A stretch of 64,000 nucleotides of DNA from Oscillospiraceae bacterium (lineage in GTDB: Bacteria > Bacillota > Clostridia > Oscillospirales > Oscillospiraceae), in the NCBI GenBank assembly GCA_902761635.1, contig CACWLG010000005.1:24819-88818 (forward strand), given 5' to 3'. Under the pieces are notes generated by a model that saw only the letters and a list, made by a program, of their open reading frames with translations, searched no databases and was not told the DNA's origin. Below are positions 28,401 to 40,400 of the stretch, piece by piece (position 1 is the stretch's first letter; each line of letters begins with the position of its first letter). A program made the position numbers and the translations under genes.

Positions 28401-31400
28401 GGATGCCGAAAAGACCTACGGCGATGACGACCCCGAATGGGACGTGACGATCGACGGCCTGCAGATAGGCGAAGACGAAGGGGAGCTCCGCTCCGTCCTG
28501 AATGAAGAGACGGGCGTTCGCACCTATACGTATTCCATCGAGAAAGATGAGCAAACAGTTGAACTGTTCAGCTTTACTGCGGCCCGTGCGGACGGGGAAA
28601 ATGTCGGCGAATACACAGTCACACTTTCGACCGATAGAAACCCGCAGGGCAACTATACCTTGACCAAAGCGGAACCGGGGGAACAGGGAAGCTATACGAT
28701 CACAAGCGGGTTGCTGCATATACTGAGGGCTGAACTGGATGTGAAGCCGAAGCATCAGGTCAAGGCAATTGATGTTCCGGATGATCCGCTTCTTGCCGCA
28801 GACATTGAGGGCTGGAGAAACGGCGACAACGTGGAGGAAGAAACCACGCTCGTTACTACTGAGACCAGTGAGGACGGAAAGACCATCACCCGGACATATC
28901 GGCGCGGAGAGGGAGACAAAGCGGAGACATTTACCGTCATCTCCAGCGTCAGCGACGATAAAATCGTCACCTGGACGTACAAACGCGGCGAGACGACCCT
29001 GCTCACATTCACACTCAAGCGTGACCCGGGCGAGGATGAGGGCGACTACCCTGTGACGGCGAATGGTTTGGACGCGCAGTCCAATTATGCTGTCTTCTTC
29101 GATCAGGGAACCTTCAGCATCCTGTCGATCCTGGATATTGACGTGGCGCAGCCGCTGACGGACTATGCCGACGCCGATGCCAAACCGGCTTATCACTATA
29201 CGGCCACCCTGGATCTTGAAGGGACAGGTCTGGACGAATACAACAAGAATGGGTTTGAAACCGTTGAAGGGGTTCCTACCCTCAGCTTTGTGCTGCCTGA
29301 CGAGGTCACAGCGGAGGAAATGAGAACGCTGAAGGTTCCGGCAGGCGCGAAACTGACGGTGAAGCAGAACGACGACAACAACGACTATACCACAGCCATC
29401 AGGATTGACGGCAGCCCGTATACCAATCCGGAACCTGTACCGACCTGCGTGCTTGCGTCTGCGGATACCTACCATGAAATTGCCTTTGCACACAGCCGCA
29501 TCAGCGTGCTTGTGGAGGCGAGGGCTTCTGAGAACCAGGAAGAAGACGGCGCGACGGTACTGTCCGGCAGGAAGGGCGCCGTGGGCATCCCGCGGGACGC
29601 CGACGGGAATCCGAGCGAGAACGGCCGCAAAATTAACATTGATTTCGCCGAAGAGATGCACAGCAATATCGGCTACGAGCTGCCCTCCGACAAATACTAT
29701 TCCTACCACCATGCCTCTCTGTATACCGCCCCGGCAAGCGGAAACGGAAACCCGGTAGTGACGAACATTACCGGCATTCGCTACGGAAGGTATACCAGAG
29801 AGGACGGCACCGAAGCATACAAATGGCAGTATACGTCACTCGACAGCGAGGAGTTTACGGATGTGCCCGCGGATACAAAGCTGGTACTGTTCTATCTGCC
29901 CAAGTTTGTCTGCAAGATCGGGAGCGAAAAGTTTTACAGCCTGAAAGACGCTGTGAACTATGCGAGCGAGAACGACAAGACCGCCACGATCGAGATGCTG
30001 ATCGGAGAGTATTCCATCCGGTCCGCCTCCGATGCCGTAACCATCCCTGCAGATTGCAATATCACCGTCACCACAGCAAGCGAAGGATATGAAGGTACCG
30101 GCACAGCGGTCATCGGCCGCAGCATGAGTTATACCGGCGGGCATCTGTTTATCAACAAGGGAACGCTGACCCTTGACAGCATTATTCTGGACGGCAAGGG
30201 CGTCCGGGCCACCGACGCGACCGTGCTCAACGAAGCGAATCTGACGGTCACAGGAAATGCCACGCTGCGCAATGCCATCGGCAACAACGGCGGCGCGATC
30301 TACGCGAAAGACGGCACTGTGACGGTAAGCGGCAGCCTATCCGGCAACACGGCGGCCTATGGCGGCGCTGTGTATGTCAAAGGCGGCACCGTGACAACGA
30401 CAGTGAGCGGCAAGCTGACCGGCAACAGCGCTACATACGGCGGCGCAGTGTATGTCGAAGACGGCGGCGTTGAGCTTGGCGGCATGATCGGCGGAGAAGG
30501 TCAGGCCAACACGGCCACGGGCAACGGCGGTGCGGTATACCTGAACAAAGGGGAGCTCACCCTCAACGGTTCCCTGGCAAACAATGAGGCTGCCAACGGC
30601 GGCGCGGTTTATCAAAACGGCGGCACGCTGACAGTCAGCGGCAGCATGTCCGAAAACAGCGCTACAGCCAACGGCGGCGGCGTTTACCTCAACAATGGCA
30701 CCCTCACGATAAAAGCGAGCGGCAGCGCAGCCGAAAACACGGCGACAGCCAACGGCGGCGCAGTCTATCAATCCGGCGGCACGCTGGAAAACAACGGCGC
30801 CATCAGCGGCAACTCTGCCGTGAGCGGCGGCGGCATTTATCGTGTCAATGGCACGCTGACAGTGAACGGCGTCATCAGCGGCAACAGCGCAAGCACAGAC
30901 GGCGGCGGCGTTTATTCCAACGGCGGCACGCTGAACTTGAGCGCGACTGTCAGCGGCAACTCTGCCGTGAACGGCGGCGCGATCTATGTCAGCAGCGCGA
31001 CACTGAATGTCAATGGCGGCAGGATCGGCGGCACCGAAGAAGGTGACGCGAACACGGCCACGGACAACGGCGGTGCGATCTACGCTCTGAACGCCACGAC
31101 CACAATCGGCACAGCAGTAGGTGCTGTAACACTGAGCGGCAACAGCGCAATGAACGGCGGCGCGGTCTACATGGAAGGCGGCAGTTTGAACGTCATGCAT
31201 GCAAACAGCGAGCTGACGAAAAACATAGCAACGAACGGCGGCGCGGTCTATGCCACCAGCGGCACGATTACGCTCACCAACGGAAAACTGAGCGAGAACG
31301 AAGCCGGGACGAGCGGCGGCGCGATCTACTCGGGGAGTGCTTCCGTGACAGTCGCAGCGGGCAGCCTCTCCGGAAACAAAGCCAAGCAGGGCAACGGCGG

Positions 31401-34400
31401 CGCGATCTGCAGCGAGAGCGGCACCGTGACCGTCAGCGGCGGCACACTGTCCGGCAACAGCGCCAGCAAGAGCGAAAGCACAGACAGCGGCCTCGGCCTC
31501 GGCGGCGCGATCTATGCGAGCAGCGGCACGGTGAACTACAGCGGCGGCAATATCAACGGCGGCAATATGGCAGTCAACGGCGCGGCGATTTTCGTCGGGT
31601 CGGGCATTGCCAACATCTCCGCCTCCATCACCGGCAATACCGCCTCAGCGGGCGGCGCCCTCGGCGTGGGCAGCACCAATGCCCGGCTGAACTTCAAGGG
31701 CAATGCAGAGGTCAACGGCAACAAGATGAACGGCGCGGAGAGCAATGTCTATCTTGATGTCGACTCTGAGCTTGTCATCAATGCTGACAGCCTGGGCAAC
31801 AGCAAGAAGATTGGCGTGTACGTACCTGGTGCACTGGACAGTGATCAAGTTGTCAATCACGGCGATGTCACAGCATATTTCGGCTCCTATGTATCAGCTG
31901 GTACGATCGGAAATGTTGCCAGCGTGTTCAAGAACGACCGCTTTAGTGATCTGAAGGTCGGATATGAAAACAACCGTCTCTACTGGACGAATGCGCTGAA
32001 ATACGATGTCTACTATCTATCCAGCTACAGTGGCCAGTTCCCGCCCACCACTAACTATCAAGCGACTCCAAGTAAAAAGGTGTGCTCAGGCAAGAGCTAT
32101 GTGCCCCGCACGAGAGAGAGCGATATCTATGATCTTGTGATGGCCATGAAGCTGTATGAGGCCCACAACACTGATTTTACAAACCAAGTCGGCAGCAATT
32201 ACGCCTCCCTTGCAGTCTATGCCTATACCTTCTCCGACAAGGCGATGGATAACACTTTTGGAAATTATCTGAAACGTGTGGAATGGGATGCTTCAGCGCG
32301 CAAATGGATGTTTACCAAGCAGAATGGCGAGAAAGCGCCTGCCGATACTTCCAAGCTTGTGATCTTCTATTCATCCCCGGCCTATCTCACCATCGTCAAC
32401 AACAACGAAAATGGTTTGACGCTGACCCTCTCTGAAATAGACGTACTGGGCTATAATGCAGCAGAGGGGCTTTACGGTTACGTTACGGCGCAAAACGGCG
32501 CGACTGTGCAGACTCTGAGAGCTCTTACAGCGGATGATCTTACACTGAAGGCGGGCGACTCCATCAAGCTGATGTTGCCCGGCGCACAGAAACAGAACAT
32601 TACCCTGAAGGGAACAATGAGCGGGGAAGGTGCGACCTATAGCTTCAAGGGCGGCGATGGGCAAGTAAGTGATACAGTCAGTGGTACAGATTTTGAACTG
32701 AATGGCAAGCTCTATGAGAGCGACGCTGCGGCAGAATTGCTTTTCGGCAGTGAACTGCCCATTTGCAAGATCGGGAATGAGCCTTTCTCTACCCTTAAGG
32801 CAGCGATGGCATACGCCAAGGCGCAGAAAACAGCAACCGGAAACAACACTTATAAGATCGAGATGCTGGTGGACTATCTGGTTCCTGCAACTGACGTACT
32901 GGATATCCCTGAGGGATACGACATCACCTTTACCACTGCCGACAAAGACGCAGAGACCCTGCCCTACACAGGCAACGGTACCCGGGCCACCCTCAGCCGC
33001 GACACGGGCAACACGGGCGCCTCTGTCACAGCTAAAAAAAGCACGCTGACGGTCGAGGAACTGGCGTTTGACGGCAGATCCCTGACGGCAGGCGGCAAGG
33101 GTGGCGCGATAAGCACAGAAAACTGCACCACCGTCACCATTAAGAACTGTGATTTCAAGGGCTACCGCGCAGGCAACGGCGGTGCGGTCTATGTGGAAAA
33201 CAAGAGTGCAGGCAGCAGCCTGACGGTAGAGGACTGCACATTCTACAACTGCCAGACTAACGCCGACGTGGATAAGGCGGGCGGCGGCGCAATTTGGACA
33301 ACGGCCAGGGAGCTGTATGTGAGGGACTGTACATTTGACTTCTGCGCCTGCCTGCAAGGCAGAGCTCAGGCCGGCTCTGTCTTCCATAATATTCAGGCGA
33401 ATTGGTTTGCTGATTCCAAGACTGTGATTTCCGACTGCACCTTCAGTAATTCCTATGCGGTCGGTGGCTCCGGCGGTACGGTCGAATCCGACGCTTATGA
33501 CGTTACCATACAGCGTTGCACCTTTGAAGGCAGCTATACCAACAAGCCCGGCGGCTCCGGCGGCGCGATCAATACCTATGCAAACAATGAGGCTAATACC
33601 ACGAAATATTGCATAATGAAGGTAATCGATTGCGCTTTTGATAACTGCAGCGCAAAAAACGGTGCTGCCATGGGCGGTGCGGTTCGCTGCTCTACGCATG
33701 ACCTGATTTTGCGAGGATGCATTTTCCGGAACTGTCAGGGTGTAACCGGCGGTGCAGTTGCCATGACCAACACCAACGCTAAGAAAGTCGAGATATATGG
33801 CTGCACCTTTGAAACCTGTATTGCCAACGGCAACGGCGGTGCGGTAAGTGCGCCTGCAGGCACCTTGATTGTAGGCGTGGAAGATACTGAGGTAGAAGAC
33901 TACCAGACAACGTATCTTGATACCGATAAGACGGAGAAGGACGGCAGCAACCACTTCACCGGCTGCGCTGCAAACCGCGGCGGCGGCATTGATAACGCCA
34001 AAAACGATTCGGCCGTTACGATGCAGAACGTCCACTTTACCGACTGTGAAGCACGAAGCAGCAGCGGCGGCGCGCTGTATACCCAGGCAAAAACACTGTC
34101 CATCACCGGTACATCAAATACTTTCACGAATTGCACCGGAAATGGCAACGGCGGCGCGGTGTATCAGAACAGAAATGTTGACGGCAGCATTGTTACGCTG
34201 AATAATTGCGTGTTCACCGGCTGCGAGGCAAAAAACAACGGCAATGGCGGCGGCATGTATGCAAACGCCAGGACGATGCGAGTCAATTATGACAAGGATA
34301 ACGAGTCTGCCGTGGAGGGGGCAAAAAGCTCTTTCAAAAACTGCACGGCGGCCAACGCAGGCGGCGGCCTGTATCATGACTATGCTGGCACGCTTACCAT

Positions 34401-37400
34401 TGCAAATTGCGGCTTTGAAAACTGCACGTCCAAGGCGGCCAACGGCGGCGGTCTGTATACCTCTGCGAATTACCTGACCATCATCGGCGTGGACAGCAAG
34501 TTCAAGAACTGCACGGCGCAGACAGACGGCGGCGGTTTGTATCAGAATGGAAATGCGGATAATTCGACCTTTACCTTTAAAGATGGTAGCTTTGACAATT
34601 GCACGGCGACAGGCGACTACGGCGGCGCAATCTACACAAAGGTCAAACGAAGCGTGACTTTGGAAAGCTGCACCGTCAAGGACAGCACTGCCAAGTCACA
34701 GGGCGGAGGTATCTATTTCAGCAACGGCAACACCGCCAGCTTTGAAGGCTGCACCATCACCGGCAACTCCGTCACGAACTCCGACAGCAAGGGCGGCGGC
34801 GTCTATGTTCCCGGCGGTACGACTACCTTTAAAAACAGTACCGTCAGCGGCTGTGAAGCAGCCAACGGCGGCGGCTGGTACCAGAACAACGGCACCCTGT
34901 ACATCCTCGGCGGCTCCATCAGTGGTAATGCAACAAACGGTGGCGGTATCTATCAGGCGAACGGAACAATAAACCAATATGGCGGGGATGTTGCCGGTAC
35001 AGCGACAGCAAACGGCGGCGGCGTGTACAAGAATAACGGCACCTATACCATCGGCGACGCCACCTATGGCGGCACTGCCTATTCCGGCGCGTCCATCGGC
35101 GCTGTGACTGTGGATGAAGGCGGCAGTTCTGTGTATACCGCGACGGCAGCCAACGGCGGCGGCATCTACCAGAATGCCGGCAATATCTACCTGAATCCGG
35201 GTGCGAACATCGTTGGCCAGGCGTCGGCCAACGGCGGCGGCATCTGGAACAAGGCCACCGTCACCCACAACGGAGGCGATGTGACCGGCAGCGCTGTCGA
35301 TGGCGGCGGCGTCTGGCAGACCGATACGACGAACGGCAAATATACCTTTGCCGGGGGAACGATCACCGGTACAGCCACGGGCAACGGCGGCGCGTTCTAC
35401 CAGGGCGGCAACAGCTTCACGATCAACGGCGGCACCATTGGAGAAAGAACGTTTGCTGCCGCGAGCGCCAATGAAGGAAGCGAAAACGCCGGCGAAGGCA
35501 GCAGTGAAACCAATACGAGCTCCGTTGCCAGCTCTGCGAAAAACGGCGGCGCCCTCTATGTCGCTGCCGGAAAAGCCGAAATGGGCGGAAGCAGCAATAT
35601 CACAGGCGCAAATGCTTCTGCCAACGGCGGCGGTGTGTATGTCGCCGGCGGCACGTTCAGCCTGTCCGGAGGAAACATAAAAAAGAACAAAGCAGCGGAA
35701 TCCGGCGGCGGCATATATCACGCAGGCGGTACGTTGACAGTCAGCGGCGGAACGATCGGCGGCTCTGCGGGAGATGCGAATACCGCAAGCAAAGGCGCCG
35801 GCATTTTCGTGGCTGAGGGCCAGAGCGCGGCTGTCAGCGGCGGTACGATCACTTTGAACAAGGCAGCGGAATCCGGCGGCGGCATCGCTGTGGGAGGCAG
35901 AAACGCAAAGCTGAATTTCCAGGGCTCACCGGTGGTGCGTTACAACACCATGGGCGCAAACGATACTCCGTGCAACGTCTACCTGAATTATGACAGCAAC
36001 GCGATCATTCAGACAACGAGCAGCGGACTGAGCACAGGCGCTTTCATCGGCGTCTATGCCTCGGTTGATCAGTATGAAACCCACGGACAGTCCGGTATGC
36101 ATTTCGGAACGAGAGGAAGTGAAAACAACCTCGACTGCTTCCGTAATGACCGCTTACCCTATCTGTACGGCGTAAAGGGCAGCGGCAGCCTGATCGACTG
36201 GGCAAACTTTGTCTGCAAGATCACGGACGGTGACGGCAATCTGCTGTATAAAGATACAGAAGGTACCCCGGCGGTTTACGGAAAGCTGGAAAACAATGGC
36301 GGATCGGGCAATGACAATGCTTTCGGTGTCCTGTCCCAAGCCTCTCCCTCGCTGTATCAACTGGGAAGCAACGAGAAGTACAGCGGCCCCTATCAGATCC
36401 AGATGCTTGTGCCTGATTATGTTGTTAAGGAACAAATGTCGCTGAATATTTCCGGAACAATCACGCTGACCACGGCGTCGGTCGAGGAAGACGAGTGTGG
36501 CTTCCACTTTACCGGAGACCCCAGATTCCCGCAGTCTGCCATCACCAGGCAGGGGAATTACGACAGCATGATTTACCTGAAGAATACCGGTCTGGAATTC
36601 TCGATAAGCAATCTGATCCTTGACGGCGGAAGCGGGAGTGGGTATACCGCAAAAACAAACGGCGGAATCCTGTTAAGCGATGGCGCGAAAAGTGTGACGA
36701 TCACCGATGCTGTGCTGCGCAATTCGAAAACAGGCTTGTACGGCGGCGGCATCCGCGCACAGAATAACACCAATACAATTATTACGCTGAACAACACCAC
36801 CATCACCAATTGCGTCGGCGGCGATTACGGCGGCGGTATCAGCGTAAAAGCGGGCAAGCTGATCATGAACGGCGGCAGCATAACCAACTGTTCTGCGAAA
36901 AACGGCGGCGGCGTCCGCGTGGATACCACGATGGAGATGAACGGTGGCACAATCACCGGGAATAATGCGACTGTCGACGGCGGCGGTATTTCCGCGGGCA
37001 CTGAAAATGCACGGCTGTATTTCTCCGGCCTCTGTGATGTGACAGGTAATACCCTTAACAGCTCCACGCGCTGCAATGTTCAGCTCGGTTACAACAGCAA
37101 CGCCATCATCAACGCAAACGGCCTTGATGCCAGAGCCGAGATCGGCGTGTACACGACGGGAGACATTTACAGCAAGCACGGCGTCGAGAATATGCCCTTC
37201 GGCACGCGAAAATTGGAGGATGACAACTTCTATTGCTTCATCAATGACCGCCATACGTATCTGCGCGGTTACAGGGGCGCAAATAATGATCTGATCTACT
37301 GGGAGTACCACCCGCTGCTCATGGTGACCAAAGATGTCGTGAGCGACTGGCCGGAAGACCAGACAAGAGAATTCACCTTCACGGTGCAGCTGGCAGATGT

Positions 37401-40400
37401 TCTCTTCACGTCTGCGCATAATGTCTGTGGCGATATGGATTTCAACAGAACGGGTATGGCACGCGTGACAGTGAAAGCCGGCGAGTCCAAAACCGCTGTC
37501 CTGCCTGCCACATTGCATCTGCATGACTACACAGTGACGGAGGTTCTGAGCGAGCAACAGCAGGCGGACTATACGACCACAGTGCAAAAGGATGGCAAAT
37601 CCTACGTTTTTGCTGATCCCATGACCGTTACCGGGCAACTGGGCGAGAATGTCGGCAGAGAGAACCCCTCGGACGAGAGTCAGGGTGGAGAGAATTCCTC
37701 CAGCCTTTCGGACCTGGTATTTATCAACACCCGTATGACCGGCGATCTCACCATCTCCAAGACAGTGAATAGCAGCGTGGAGGAGGATAAAGGGGAAAGC
37801 TTCTCCTTCAAGCTGACTCTGGACCCCAGTAAAACAAACCCAAAGGACAAAATCAGCAAGACCTGTTCTGTCCTCAGAAAAGACAGCGAAGGCGTGGAAA
37901 CGGAAGGCACGCTGAGCTTTACGCAGGGCGTAGCCGAGTTTACCCTGAAGGACGGACAATCCATCACATTCCTCAGCCTGCCCACGGATCTGCCATACAA
38001 GGTGGAGGAGATTCTCACCGACAGACAGACAATGCACGTGCGTACCTTTGTGAGAAAGGATGAGGGGGCGGACAGCTACTCCACAAGCCAGACTGGCAGG
38101 ATCGGCGACTATAAGAAGACTGTGACGGAGGAGGGCGTCGCGAAGACAATCTATGCCTCGGACATTTACTTCACCAACAGCTTCCTGGAGATCGTCTGCA
38201 AGATCACCAACCGCAGCCGTGCCATCCTGTACTACAAGGATGCGAGCGGCACGCTGCAGCCCGCCGTTTTCAGCCATCTGGAAGAAGCCTTCGATTTGAT
38301 CAACAGCGGCGGCGTCAGAACCTCGACCGGCGGCACAGCCTCCGGCAATATGCGCATCGAGATGGTTGTTCCGGCGTACACGATGGAGAGAACGGCGACG
38401 CTCAACAGCGGAAAAACCGTGATCCTGTCCACTGCGCTGCCGACAGACAGTGATTTCCCCTACAACAACGGTGTGGATGACGGAGTCGGCATCTCTTTGG
38501 TTTCCCGCGGCTTTACCAAGGGAAGCATGATCGTGGACAGTGGTTCCCTGACTCTGGACAAGATCACCCTGGACGGCAGTGCTGCGGCGGATGAACCAGT
38601 CACCGGCAGCGCTGACGGCGGCATTGTGCAGGTGGCAGACGCTGTCAGACTCACGGTGAACAGTGCAGCGACCCTGCAGAATTCTGCTGTGACAGGCAGT
38701 GAGGAAAGCGGCGGTGCTGTTGGCAACGGCGGTGCAGTCTATTTGTCTGCCGGAGCTTCCCTGACCATGAACGGAACCATCCAAAACTGCTCGGCAGCAA
38801 ACGGCGGCGGCATATATGCGGCGGACGGCTTTACCACCATAACCCTTACCGGACACATTGCCAACTGCGAGGCAGCCGGCGACGGCGGCGCCATCTGCGC
38901 GGAAGCCGGTACGAGCGTCAATCTCAACGCAGGCACGCTGCTGACCGGCAACAAAGCGGCAAAAGACGGCGGCGCGGTCCGCACCGGCACAAACCTCGTC
39001 CTGAGAGGCACTGTCGGCGGAACCGAAGTCAAGCAGGGCAACACAGCCGGCAACGAAGGCGGCGGCATCTACATGGGAAGCAATGCCATGCTTACCATGT
39101 ACGCGGGCAGCGAAATCACCGGCAACAGCGCAAAGAACGGCGGCGGCCTGTTTGCTCGCTATACGACCCGTATCGCCGGCGGCAGCATTGCCGGCAATGA
39201 AGCAAAAGCGGTCAACGGAGAAGGCGGCCTGGGCGGTGCACTCTATGTAACGGAGGACGGCGTTGTTACGGTTTCCGGCCTGGCAAGTCTGGCGGATAAC
39301 CGTGCCGTCCGGGGCGGCGCGGTGTACGACCGCGGCAGCGTCGCCATGAACGGCGGCAGCATGACCGGCAACGTCGCCACAGAGAAGGGCGGCGCGGCCT
39401 ATGTCGCGGATACCACGGCAGAGGATGGCAGCGTGTCCGGGCACAGCTTCTCCATGACCGGCGGCAGCATCAAGGCCGGGAACAAGTCCCCGGAGGGTGC
39501 GATTTCCACCGAGGCGCATGCCGTGCTGAACTTCTCCGGCAACTGCGATGTCAGCGGAAACACCTCTTCTGACGGCGAAACTGTCATGAACGTCTACCTC
39601 GGTTATGACAGCAACGGCATTATCCGGACCACCGGCCTTGGCGCAAGCGCCAATGTCGGCATCTATGTGGCCGACGGTGAACCGGAGACCGATAATCCCG
39701 ATGACCCGGCTTATCGGGAAGACCACAGCAACCACCCGATTTACGCGGATCACGGCGTTGCCGGCAGAAACTTCGGCACCTATACCGGCAGCAATCTCAG
39801 CGGGGCCAGACTGAACAAATTCGTAAATGACCGCGAAACCGGTCTTACCGGCATGAACGGTGAACAGATCAATGCAGGCGACTATTATGTCGCATGGCAG
39901 GGCCTGGGTCTGAAACTGAAGGTGACACAATATCTCCCGAAGCTTGACGAGAGCGGAGAAGTGGAGCTGGATGAAGAGGGCAACCCGGTCCTTTCGGGAA
40001 CCGTTGTTCCGGTCCAGAATGCAAGCTTTACCTTCACCAATATCACAAACGCCACGGAGGAAAATCCGGGTGTGCTGGTCTGGAGCGGCAAGAGCGATGC
40101 AGCGGGTCTCGTTTCGATCCCGTGGGGCGGTGAGGAGAAAGAAGGCGGCACTGCTGCAAGCTTCAAGCCAAACACCACCTACAGACTTGACCAGACGACT
40201 GCAGACACCAGGACGGTTCTCCCGGCAGGCCACTGGACTGTCACCATCTCGAGAGACAACAGTGTGACCTGGAGCGTGACGGAATCCGAGGAGGCGAACG
40301 TCGACCGTATCTTCAATATTTATAATATCAGCTCAACGGAGACGCCCAAGCTCGGTGAAACCTTCGGCCTGAACAATGACGTGAAGCCGACGATGACCTT

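Noticed and set aside
23164-40233. Very long antisense ORFs inside the giant gene (23164-27201, 27406-29712, 30337-31200, 32371-34035, 34696-35721 and 36673-40233, all minus strand).
   Set aside because: They lie opposite a frame with clear domain content. Their translations are low-complexity (Arg/Ala/Gly/Asp/Ile-rich) with no recognisable motifs, SD sites or TM logic. Such stop-free antisense frames are expected in GC-rich, codon-biased genes.
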